A DNA stretch of 63,797 nucleotides, filler included, from Octopus bimaculoides (lineage: Eukaryota), in NCBI RefSeq assembly GCF_001194135.2. It is 6 parts of 6 records of this genome, joined end to end, with 100 filler letters (N's around TTAATTAATTAA, not from the genome) between each part and the next. Parts side by side here need not be neighbours in the genome. Positions count along the whole stretch, not along the records: positions 30,963 to 56,371 come from NC_069006.1; positions 56,472 to 58,825 come from NC_068990.1; positions 58,926 to 60,753 come from NW_026388387.1; positions 60,854 to 62,225 come from NC_068981.1; positions 62,326 to 63,797 come from NC_068993.1; 1 more part is not named here. The stretch is one strand, 5' to 3'. Every line of letters begins with the position of its first letter. Position 1 is the first letter of the stretch. Both the position numbers and the translations under genes were made by a program. This document shows, piece by piece, positions 52,926-63,797 of the stretch. A model generated the notes under the pieces. That model was not told the origin of the DNA. It searched no databases and saw only the letters and a program-made list of their open reading frames with translations.

Positions 52926-53595
52926 AATATATGTATATATTTATGTGCACTTATATATATTTATGTGTACATATGTATATATATGTGTGTATATGTGAAT
53001 GTACATATAGATATATATGCTGTATATGTATGTGTGTATATATATAAAATTGGTGGCAGTAAAAAAAAATTTAAGTCTGCATGTGGTGACTATGAGAAAA
53101 AAAAAAAAAAGAGAGAAAAATTAAAAGATTTATTTTACTCTTTGTGTCTTTATTTATTTATTTCAAGTCTGAATGAATGTTTTTGCATTTTGTAGAGAGA
53201 GAGAGAGAGAAAGAAAGAGAGAGGGTAGACACTGAAATAGTTTTATTTGAATAAAACCTTTTGAAGTAATAATATATGTTGATCATGTCAAGATAAAGTT
53301 GTTCATTTTCTTGCTTCTCTTTTTCTTTCTTCCTTTTCATTGCCTATCAATAGGAAGTGAATAAACTGCTAGTATTAAATGTAGACACTATTCAACTATT
53401 CACCGTGTCTCCTCCTAGAGGTCTCTTGTACTAATAAATATTTTATCTACTCTCTCTCTTGTGTGGTGGGGATCTGATCTCAGCTCTGTAAATCATGAGC
53501 TCTGCTGTGACCAGCCAGCCAACCTCCAATGATAGGCTCTGTATGTGGTTCTTTGATTTTGCTAAAAATGACCATCAAATCTCCCTGAAATTACA

Positions 53596-53773
53596 GGTGC
53601 CGGTATGGCTGTGTGGTAAGATGTTTGCTTCCCAACAACATGGTTCCATGTTCAGTTCCACTGCATGGCACCTTACCTTAGGCAAGTGTCTTCTACTATA
53701 GTTTCAGGCCAACCAAAGCCTTGTGAGTGGATTCAGTGGACAGAACTGAAGGAAGCCTGTTGTGTGTGTGTCT

Positions 53774-53808
<35 letters not shown>

Positions 53809-54245
53809 AAATCATTGTCATTTAATCTCTACTTTCCATGCTGGCATGGATTGGACTGTTTGCAGAAGATTACACCATTCCTTTGCTGTCTGTTTTAGCA
53901 TGGATTTAAATGGATGGATACCCTTCCTAATACCAACCACTCTGCAGAATGGACTGAGTGCTTTTTACAAGGCACAAGCGCAGGCGAGGTCAGTTTCGGC
54001 ATAGTTTTTGTGTGTGTGTGTGTGTGTGTTTACCCCTGCCCCACTGCTTGACAACAACTGGTGTTGGTGTGTTTATATCCTTGTAACATAGCATTTCAGC
54101 AAAAAAGCCTCATAGAATAACGGCCAGGATTTACAGAAACAAAAAAAAAAGGTACTGGAGTCAATTTGTATGACTAAAATTCTTCAAGGCAGTGCCCCAG
54201 CATGGCTGTAGTCTAATGAATGAAACAAGTAAAAGGTAAAGGATA
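53596..54245 (+). mobile_element. SINE family A with internal insertion
   Basis: Head at 53596-53760 and tail GGCAGTGCCCCAGCATGGC...GAAACAAGTAAAAG at ~54185-54240. Confidence 0.7.
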
Positions 54246-55734
54246 AAAGATTAAAAAAATATAGTCTGGGGTATGCATAAACATTGAAAAATAGATGGTA
54301 TGGTCATGATTGGAATACTTTCTATCTTAGGTCTGCCTGTTTGGAGCTGATACAATGAGCCGAAAATGTAATGAAATGTGTGAGTTTGAAATAGTTGTTT
54401 TAACATGTATTGCTAGCATTTATTGTTTATAAACTGAGGTGTTTATAAAATAAATAGTTTCAGCAATATAATCATTTAATGTTCACTTTTCCATACTGGT
54501 ATGTGTCAGACAGACTTTGTTGAGGCAGATTTTGTACAGCCAGATGGATATCCTCCCCGTTGTCAACAAAGGCAATTTTCCTATAGCTAGACATGTTTTT
54601 CATGGAACATTATAAACAAATGACATCACTTTATATCATCATGATGCTCATCTATGTTCATCACATGATGTCTAGACAAGGTACACATAAGCACACACAC
54701 ACACACACACACACACACATCATCATCATCATCATCGTCGTTGTCATTTAATGTGCATAATCCAAACTGGTATGGGTTGCATGGGTTGACAGCAGCTAGC
54801 AAGCTAGAGAACTGCACCAAGTTTCACTGTCTGTTTTGGCAGGGCTTTTATGGCTGGAGGCCCTCCCTAAAACCTGCTGCTTTACAGAGTGGACTGGGTG
54901 CTTTTTATATGGCACCAGCACTGGTCATGTCTACTTTGGCATGGTCTTCAAGGCTAGATGCCCTTCCTAGTGCCAACCATTTTACAGAGTGGAGTAGATA
55001 CTTTTCACATGTCACATGCACTTTGTCTGTCTCGATGTTCTAAGTTCAAATTTCACTGAGGTTGGCTTTCATCCTATCGAAACCAATGAAGTAAATAACA
55101 ATTAGTCACTGGAGTCGATGTAATTCAACTTAGCCCTTTCCTGAAATTACTGGCCTTGTGAAAAAATTTGAAACCATTATTTTAAATCAGAAGTAAATGA
55201 TAGAGTAATCAGTGTTTCATATAAAGGAAAGATCATTGAATATCATCCATAAGGTTGATTGACATGAGGAGAGACAAAATAAATGTAGAGGTAAGGACCA
55301 TTTAAGTCAGAAAGTTGCATGGAAGTCAACTGGTATCTGACAAGATTGCATTAAAAAAAATTATATTACTAAACCTATTATTGTCTAAAATATAATTATT
55401 TTTTTAAAAATTACAGAAAAGGTAGAGTTTTTGAAGTGCATCATCAGACCATTTTCTTTTTTTTTTTTTTTCTTCATTTTCTTTGGTTTGAAAATTTCTT
55501 CAAATTTCTATACTTAAACACATTTACTTTAAATATAAAATTTCTAAGTTTTAAATAAAATTAAACACATATTTCACGGAATTTTGTAATTACATTGTTT
55601 AAAGTAATTACAGTTATAGATAAAGAAATATAAATAGCTGCTTCTAAAATTTGCAATTAATTGAAAATATTAAGCTTTTAATAAAATTAAATGAACTAAA
55701 ATATCTTCAATTATAAACATTGTGCTGTTTTCAC

Positions 55735-56310
55735 GAACCCTTTCTAACAATTAGCCCTTAGTAAGGTCACACTGAACTTTTAAGAATGTCACATTTAGAG
55801 CTTCAGAGAGCCATACTTTGGCCTTCACAAGGCTATACCTAACACTTTATTAAATTACCCCTTCATAAAGCTACATCTAACCCTTCATAAGGTTACACTT
55901 AACACTTTATTAAATTACACTTAACTTTTCATAAGGCTGCACTTACATCTTCAGAAGGTCATACTTAGACTTCAAAAGGGCACAATTGACCTTTCATAAG
56001 GTTACACACAGCCTTTCAGTATGTTATGTTTCTTAGTTCCACAGAAGGTCACATACAGTCCTTCATTGGGCCACACTTAGCTCTTCATGAGTGCACTCTT
56101 AGCCTCTTATGAGGCCTACACTTAGACCTTTTGTGGGCCACATTCAGCAATTCATAAAGCTGCACCCTGCAATGCAATCGACTGTATATAGCCCTTCAGC
56201 TGTTCATCATTAGCCCTTCAGATGTTCATCATTAGCCCTTCAGATGTTCATCATTAGCCCTTCAGATGTTCATCATTAGCCCTTCATAAGGCATCACGTA
56301 GCCCTTTTGA
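55735..56310. repeat. 22-bp-period minisatellite, degenerate, with a homogeneous 4-unit subarray at ~56190-56285
   Basis: Old units resemble CCCTTCATAAGGTTACACTTAA. The young units are TAGCCCTTCAGATGTTCATCAT x4. Confidence 0.85.
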
Positions 56311-56603
56311 AGGATGTTGGTTCCTTCCTCCAGTCTGATGTAATAAAACTCTTGCCTTGTCTATGCTGAATNNNNNNNNNNNNNNNNNNNNNNNNNNNNN
56401 NNNNNNNNNNNNNNNTTAATTAATTAANNNNNNNNNNNNNNNNNNNNNNNNNNNNNNNNNNNNNNNNNNNNGAGACTTCCATTTGCTTGACCTCCTGAGA
56501 GCAGATCTTATATCTTCTACCTTGACCCCCTCCCACTTTTGCTCCTCTAAGGAGTTTAGGTCTGTAGATATTCTATCAATCCAAGGGGCCTTTTCATTGT
56601 GTG

Positions 56604-56712
<109 letters not shown>

Positions 56713-56714
56713 CA

Positions 56715-57165
56715 AAAAGATTTCAAATCTTGCCACAAGGCCATCAATTTGAGGGGAGGATGTAAGTCAATTACATCAACCCTAGTGCTCAACTGGTACT
56801 TAGTTTATCAAACCCAAAATGGATGAAAAGTAAAGTCAGGCAAAATTTGGGCTCAGAACACAAAGACAGACAAGATGTCACTAAGCATTTTGCTCAGCAA
56901 CTCTGCAAGCTCACTACCCTAATAATAATATTAATAATAATAATAATAATAATGGTTTCGAATTTTGGCACTAGGCCAGCAATTTCGGGGGAGGGGGTAA
57001 GTTGATGACATCAACCTCAGTGCCCAACTGGCACTTATTTCAGCAACTCCAAAACGATGAAAGGCAAAGTTGATCTCAGTGGCATTTGAACCCAGAATAT
57101 AAAGACGGACAAAATGCTGCTAAGCATTTTGTTCATAGTGCTAACACTTCTGCCAGCTTACTACC
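56715..57165 (-). mobile_element. Two tandem SINE family B copies
   Basis: TAGTGCTCAACTGGTACTTAGTTT...GATGAAAAGTAAAGTC at ~56780-56880 and CAGTGCCCAACTGGCACTTATTT...GATGAAAGGCAAAGTTG at ~57015-57130. Confidence 0.7.
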
Positions 57166-57172
57166 TTAATAA

Positions 57173-57800
57173 TCTTACTATAATGCTTGTTGTGTCTGTC
57201 TATCTGTCCGTCTGTCTGACTGTTCCCTCTTCACGGTCAAACAGCTGTCAAATGATTTGGGGGATTACGAAGGAGGTAATCAGGAGGGTTTTAGTGAAAA
57301 AAATGTGAAAAAGTATGATTATTTAGTGGATATTGATTTTTGTATTAATAAATCACCTTTGACTTTTTTTGTTAAAATTCCAGCAACGAGGATTAACTCT
57401 GGATTTCCCCCCTATATAGTTCATGAATTTAGAGGGTTTAGATTTGCAATACTATCCCTTTATTTCCCATCGTAGATGGGCAGATTTGCTATCTTACTAT
57501 AATAGGCATTATGTCTGTCTGTCCGTCGGTCCATCTCTTTGTCTGTTCCCTCTTCACAGCCAGACAGTTAGTCCAATGGGGATTACAAAGACAGTCGTCA
57601 GGAAGAATTTTACCATTAAAAAAATCAAGAAAGTATGATTATTTCGTGAATATCGATTTTTAAATTGATAAACCACCTTTGCATTTTTATTAAAAATTCA
57701 CCAACCATGAGTAACTCTGGACTTTCATCATAAAGTTTGTGGCCCCATCATAGATATGAAAGGGGTCATGAGGATGGTTAATAGCAAAAATAAAATGGAA
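57173..57800 (+). mobile_element. Two tandem ~320-bp Helitron-like 5' units
   Basis: Both units start A|TCTTACTATAAT (57173 and 57492), followed by a (TCTG)-type microsatellite and TGTTCCCTCTTCAC, and stay similar through AAAGTATGATTATTT. The TC start after A fits Helitron 5' ends. Confidence 0.5.
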
Positions 57801-57989
57801 AAAGTGTGTCAGTATATAGTGTATGATTATTTAGTGGTTATTGAAGTGTGTCAGTCTCAAGTAGGATTCGAAATGGCTAATCAAAGTGGCTGTTGTTTAC
57901 ATCTCAGTTTTGTCAATCAAAATAACCCATGGTACCAAAACATTCAGACGTTTATTCACATAGAACAGTGAGAGGTAAGTCTTAGTTTG

Positions 57990-58194
57990 ATTTTTGGCAA
58001 CCCTGAAGATTCCATTCGTGCATTCACAGCAAACAAGGCACAAGGCCAGACTTTAGATCGTGTAGGTGTATTTTTATCCAATCCAACGTTTACAGAGCCA
58101 GATATGTATAGCTATGAGTAGAGCAACAAACTCCAGTAATTTGAAAATTAGTGTCGACCAAACAGAAAATATCATCTACAAAGAAGTTTTGTAA
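57990..58194 (+). mobile_element. Helitron PIF1-like helicase C-terminal fragment
   Basis: AFTANKAQGQTLDRVGVFLSNPTF [frameshift] QICIAMSRAT...LKI...TENIIYKEVL* matches the Helitron end T(I)NKSQGQTL..VG..L..P.F..GQLYVA.SR...T.N.VYKEVL. Confidence 0.85.
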
Positions 58195-58925
58195 TCATAT
58201 TGTAATCATATCGAAAGGAATATGATTCATAATTCAAATAAGGAAATTTGTGAACTTTGAATGTATAAGAGTATAAACAAACATAAAATAGTGTAAACAA
58301 TGTGGTGTTTGTGGTGTTATGGGTTGTGATGAGCTATGTGGTGTTGGTGGAGAGGATTGCAGATGAGGCAAATGGAAGTGAAGACTGCAGGGGCCAGCAG
58401 AAGAGCCATGGAGGCATGCATGGGCACAGAGCATGTACAGCAGTTCGATGAGAGTGTGTGAAAGGTTGTGTTTTTATCTGGTCAGTGATCGCTCATCCTG
58501 CCATGGTCAACAGGTAAGGTCTCTCTGTATTTCTTTCTCCCTTTTGCTTCTTTTTCTGTTGTCTTTTTCCTCCATAACGCTACAAGCTATTTAGACCCAT
58601 AGCAAAAAAAAAAAAGAATTATGAGTGTAGTCCGTATTTCGAATGATATGGTCAAACCGTTTTGATGTTCACGAATGTAGTCGTTCGGTTAAAGATGAAG
58701 TTGGTTGTGAAACTCCACGGCATAGACGACTTAGCGAGTTTTATATCGCTGTACCTAGATGGTTCGGCGTTAGCGCTATAATTAGAAATGGAAGAAAGGG
58801 ACCAACTTAGCATGGAAAAAATAGANNNNNNNNNNNNNNNNNNNNNNNNNNNNNNNNNNNNNNNNNNNNTTAATTAATTAANNNNNNNNNNNNNNNNNNN
58901 NNNNNNNNNNNNNNNNNNNNNNNNN

Positions 58926-59035
58926 TCGTAGTTAAGGTTTTCGACTCACGATCGCAAGGCCATGAGTTCGATCTTCGGAGTCACGTTGTGTTCTTGAGCA
59001 AGACACTTTATTTCACGTTGTGTGTGTTTATTGAG
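58926..59035 (+). mobile_element. SINE family C head, CpG-intact
   Basis: GTAGTTAAGGTTTTCGACTCACGATCGCAAGGCCATGAGTTCGATC...CTTGAGCAAGACACTTTATTTCACGTTG. Confidence 0.65.
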
Positions 59036-59098
59036 CGAAAACACCTAAAAGCTCCACGAGGCTCCGGCAGAGGGTGGTGGCCCCTATTGAAAAAAGGA

Positions 59099-59336
59099 AA
59101 GGCGGAGAGCTGGCAAGAAATGTTAGGACGCTGGGCGAAATGCTTAGCGGTATTTCGTCTGCCGTTACGTCTGAGTTCGAATTCCGCCGAGGTCGACTTT
59201 GCCTTTCATCCTTTCGGGGTCGATAAATTAAGTACCAGTTACACACTGGGGTCGAAGTAATCGACTTAATCCCTTTTGTCTGTCCTTGCTTGTCCCCTCT
59301 ATGTTTAGCCCCCTTGTGGGCAATAAAGAAATAAGA
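59099..59336 (+). mobile_element. tRNA-derived SINE family B, young intact copy (inverted partial copy at ~59985-60165)
   Basis: A-box-like TGGCAAGAAATG, B-box GAGTTCGAATTCC, core GCCTTTCATCCTTTCGGGGTCGATAAATTAAGTACCAG, and tail GGCAATAAAGAAATAAGA. Confidence 0.85.
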
Positions 59337-59849
59337 TGGAAGAGAAAGAGAGATAAAGAGAGAGCGAGAGAAAAAGAGGTTATGGAAGGGAGAGAAACAG
59401 AGATATGGAGAGAGAGAGAGAGAGAGAGGGAAAATAGGGATGGAGAAAGCGAGAGAGAATGAGAGAGAGAGAGAGAGAGAGAGAGAGTTAGAGGGATTAT
59501 GTAACAGAGAAAGAGTGATACTGGGAGAAAGAGAGCAGGAGAAAAAGAGAGATAGTAAGACAGAGAGAGAGAGAGAGAGAACGAGAGAGAGACTATATGA
59601 TTATGAGGCATGTGTGTGTTCGTGTATTTGTGTGTGTGTGTGAGAGAGAGAGTGTGTGTCTGTGTCTGTATGTGTGCGACGGATCTGACACTATCGGTGT
59701 GTGTGTGCGTGTACAGCTGTATGTATGCGTGTGTGTGTGTGTGTGTACAAACGTAAGGAGAAAGAAATTGTGTGTGACAGTAACTGTGTGTATGTGTGTG
59801 CATATAAAATCACAAACGCACACGCATATACACACGCGCACATATATAT

Positions 59850-59918
<69 letters not shown>

Positions 59919-60279
59919 CCATTCTCCTGTGACTGTATATATATATATATGTGTGTGTGATGTGTGTGTGGTGGTGGTGGGGGTAACACGATCCCATCGA
60001 TCCCATCGATCCTAGTGCTCAACTGGCACTTATTTTATCGACCACGAAAAGATGAAAGGCAGAGACACATATTGGCGGAATTTGAACTTGGAAATTAAAG
60101 ACGGACGAAATGCTACAAGTCATTTTGTCCGGCGTGCTAACGATATTAGTAACTTGACCACCTTAGAACTGAAAGTGTTATTGCAAGGCTTTCAACTGTG
60201 TGGTGGCTGTAGTATGTACTAACAGTGGTGGCTGTAGTATGTACTAACACTCCCACACTATGTCTGCTACTACAGCCGA

Positions 60280-60663
60280 TACTGTGACGTCACCTCTGAT
60301 ACGACTGTCCGCCTCCATTTTTGAATATTAAAACCAGCACCGCATTGCAGCCGATGCTGCCCTTAGAATCAAGCTAACTTCAAAACTAAGATGGGTAAAG
60401 CCCTTTACCATTCTTATAGACTCATAATGGCGGTTTCCCCTCCTCCCGTTATTTATGGGTTACACAGGGGATCGATCCCCGGTTCGTTACAAGGGTTATT
60501 TATTTTTTCCAACTGAGGACATTGCTGGCCTGTTCTGGCTTTTCTATTATTCGCTGGCGTGGAAATATGTCACTGCTGTCTCTAGCGGTGAAGTATCCAT
60601 CATTGGCGAAACCAAAGAAGGTCGAAATCCCGTGACCTGGCGGTATCGGCACTGGAGGTAAGT
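60280..60663. promoter_or_regulatory. CpG-rich candidate divergent promoter / first-exon region
   Basis: Non-repetitive CpG-rich sequence with TGACGTCA (60285-60292), a YY1-like AATGGCGG (~60425) and a perfect plus-strand donor GAG|GTAAGT at 60657/60658. Confidence 0.5.
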
Positions 60664-60859
60664 ATAAATAAATAAATGCGTCCTTTTAAAGCCTAACCAG
60701 GCTCGTGGGCCCGGTTTCCCGGTTTCAATGGCGTATGTGTTCCCCCCCCCCCCNNNNNNNNNNNNNNNNNNNNNNNNNNNNNNNNNNNNNNNNNNNNTTA
60801 ATTAATTAANNNNNNNNNNNNNNNNNNNNNNNNNNNNNNNNNNNNNNNNNNNNCCTTTC

Positions 60860-61112
60860 TGTTATGTTTCCCTCGGACTGACTCGCAGAGATAACATAAC
60901 GAGTTATACAATTTAATTATTACATTTATTGTTCAATTACATACAAAGAACGCACTCACCCAATGTTCGTTATGAATAAACAAAAGTCATGTCCGCCATA
61001 TATATATCAATGACATTTTACTACGACAGTCCCACAAGACAACAACAATGAAACAATGAACTCAGACGAACCACATGACACACGGAACGTCAGACGAATT
61101 ACATATCTAACA
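60860..61112 (-). mobile_element. Possible solo LTR (~253 bp)
   Basis: TGTTA...TAACA termini; the reverse strand has a TATATATA box followed by AATAAA. No target-site duplication, PBS or PPT is visible. Confidence 0.35.
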
Positions 61113-61124
61113 GTCCATATAACA

Positions 61125-61440
61125 CTTTCACTCTGAGCAAGAGGCTCTTAGTTACCAGCAGAGGTAGGAGCTCTCTGAACTTTGTCCAGGCTATTCTTAT
61201 TCTAGCAGCTATGCTCTCAGAGCATCCACCCCTGCTACTGACTTGGTCACCTAGCTAACGGCAGCTATCAACTTCTAGTTTTTTCCCCTTGCATGTGATG
61301 GAATCTATACATCTTCGGTGTTTATTGCATCTATGCATCTGTCACATATGAAAACTATCTTCCAGGGCCATCTACCTGAAGGAATTTGTGATTTGTCTGC
61401 CTTCCCACTTACTAAGACTTTGGTTTTTGCTAGGTTAAGG
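61125..61440 (-). mobile_element. RTE LINE late-RT fragment
   Basis: NLAKTKVLVSG...KKLEVDSCR*LGDQVSSRGGCSESIAARIRIAWTKFRELLPLL. Confidence 0.8.
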
Positions 61441-62022
61441 TATATATATATGTAAAACGGGCTTCTTTCAGTTTTCATTTACCAAATCCAGTCACAAGGC
61501 TTTGGTTGGCCCAAGGTTATAATAGAAAACACTTGCTGAAGGTGCCACACTGTGTGAATGAACCCGGAGCCGAGTGGTTAGTTTGTATACCTTGACATTG
61601 TGTGATTGTTGTAAATGAATGGCATTCATTTCTAATATTCTGTGAAAACATATCTGGTTCTAGGGAGGAAATATCTTGCTTGATAATTGTTAGTGACAGG
61701 AAGGGCATCCTGCCATAGAAGATCTGCCTCTCAGTGTCCAATATAATTTGCATGATTTGAAAAACAATGGGCATGGAGAAATAACACAGAGTCGCCATAG
61801 GCATGTATTTGAACAACATAGACAAATACACCAACTACCTAGGCCAGAAATATGTTCTAATCTGTTTGAATATGTCCAAATTTCTAGTCCATGGGAGATA
61901 AGATAGGACATTTGTCATGCTGATGATATTTATTGAGGCAGGATCACATGTCCATAACTGTCCTCTTGTTACCAAAAAATAAGCCTTTTGTTTTCTTTAT
62001 AGTATGTCTACTTTGGAAATTC

Positions 62023-62211
62023 TTATTAAAGCTGCAAAAATATCACAAAAAACTGCTACTCAGAGTTTCACGTTCCTGTCCATTCAGCAGTTGTGATCAA
62101 GAACTGCTCGATGAATGGGAACATGATCGCAACTGCCCAATGAACGGGAAGGTGAAACTCTGAGTAGCAGTTTTTTGTGATATTCTTGTGATGTTTATGC
62201 AGCTTTAATAA
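62023..62211. repeat. Foldback / MITE-like inverted repeat
   Basis: Perfect 31-bp arms (62041-62071 and 62152-62182), an imperfect inner stem extension, and a perfect outer 14-bp pair (62023-62036 and 62198-62211). Confidence 0.85.
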
Positions 62212-62329
62212 TAAAGTGTATATATNNNNNNNNNNNNNNNNNNNNNNNNNNNNNNNNNNNNNNNNNNNNTTAATTAATTAANNNNNNNNNNNNNNNNNNN
62301 NNNNNNNNNNNNNNNNNNNNNNNNNTTTT

Positions 62330-63110
62330 GTTAGAAGTATTCAGTAATATTTTTTTCTTTTACTGACGTCTTATTTAACATCCTCCAGAGTAAAAGTCAT
62401 GACACAGTGTATTGTAAAGAGCAAATAGATAAAACTAGAACTGTACTCGAAAACAAACTTGATAATTTTTCAATCTTTTATATGTTAGGGGAAAAATATG
62501 GAGTCGATGCAGGAATTGGAATTCAGAGATCCAAGAATATATCTATTGAGCCCCAACGACATTATAGAATGCGTTATAACAAAATTATCAGTACAATAGT
62601 TGACCAAATAAAAGCACGATATTCATCCATAGAAGAGTTTAAATTCATGGAACTTTTGAATTTCTACAAAGTTGATGAGTACTGCAAACAATTTCCTGTG
62701 GATTCTTTAGATTCTTTAAAAATGACTTATTGCAGATTTTTTGATGTAATATGATTACAAAGTGAGCTCAATGTGATGTATTCAATTTTAAAATGCGAAG
62801 TGTAAGTGATTTAATGGGTTACATTTACAGCAGTGACCTTGTTGAAGCTATGCCAGAACTCTTCAATCTGTGCAAGTTGATTTTGACAATTCCGTCTACC
62901 ACTGCTTCTGTAGAGCGATCCTTTTCTGCATTAAGTAGAATCAAAACATACCAAAGAAATGCGACAGAAGAAAGAAGACTGACTGTCTGGGTTAGCACTA
63001 ATGTCAATTGAAAAAGATTTATTACAACAATTGATGAAAAGAGAAGATTTCTATGAAAATATGATAGATATATTTGCCCAGAAAGATCGAAGAATTGAAT
63101 TAATTTAGAA
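62330..63110 (+). mobile_element. hAT transposase C-terminal fragment with dimerisation domain, disabled
   Basis: MPELFNLCKLILTIPSTTASVERSFSALSRIKTYQRN...RL [frameshift] LALMSIEK...IFAQKDRRIEL. In-frame stop and frameshifts lie between ORFs 62407-62754 and 62793-63011. Confidence 0.85.
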
Positions 63111-63797
63111 ATTAGGTAAATAACATTTTAGAACATTAAAAAACCACTTTTGGTTAGTATTTGTTATAACGTAAGGTTCGACCTTCTTACATCAGTATTG
63201 TTTCGCAGGAGAAATGGTTCGACTTCTTCGTCACACCTAACCCACATAAGTTTTCCTTTCAGTGCTGCTGGGTGTAGTCTATTTACAGCCGTAAATAAGT
63301 GTCTTGTTTCAATCTCAGAGATGTTGACTTCTGCCACAACAGTTTTTTTTGGGGGGAGGGGGGCTTTTTACAATGTTGAATTTTCGCTGTCTTTCATTGT
63401 GTGTGTATTCATGTATATGCGTGTATTTTCAATGTGTGTGCGTGAGACGTAGTCTTTTAATATAGGATGTTCAGTAAGTCACAGAACAGTCTGCTTGAGT
63501 ATCAATAATTTTCCCGGAATTGACAAAACAAGTAGCATGATAAAGCACCTGACTTGTCTTCGAGAGCATAACTATCTAAAACCATGGCCACGTAATGTAA
63601 CTAAATGTGTTCTCCTTATTAAATCATTTCAAATTGATTCTGCTGAACCAATAGGTATAGGGGCTAATGCAGAATCGCACCCCATTGAAAAACGAAATTT
63701 TGTGAAAAAAATTTTTCGGATTCCTACCTTTAACAGACATTCCGAATATGCAAAAATATTAACAATCCAATTTCATCTTTATTACATTTCACTTATG

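Noticed and set aside
56190-56285. CRISPR-like array
   Set aside because: The 22-bp units are contiguous with no unique spacers, there are no cas genes, and the context is eukaryotic.

Overview
AT-rich, gap-containing eukaryotic scaffold, very probably octopus. That call rests on recognising the tRNA-derived SINE families and the dense (AT)n/(AC)n/(TAA)n microsatellites, and is not database-checked. Most ORFs in the supplied track are microsatellite or N-run artefacts. The window has three domains. (1) ~0.3-26 kb is CpG-normal and holds at least eight highly diverged, disabled copies of one unidentified, locally intronless protein-coding family, on both strands, with three more tentative fragments. 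The copies share ordered motifs, look LRR-like at the C-terminus, and show weak NACHT/NLR-like motifs upstream. They are interleaved with RTE, CR1-like, Penelope, mariner and R4/Dong fossils. (2) ~31-58.6 kb is strongly CpG-depleted, as expected for a methylated gene body, and contains one convincing 192-bp minus-strand coding exon among decayed SINEs, LINEs and DNA transposons. (3) ~58.6-63.8 kb contains a CpG-rich candidate divergent promoter, Helitron, LTR-like, foldback and hAT remnants. All translations and alignments were done by eye. Coordinates of decayed elements are approximate (tens of bp).
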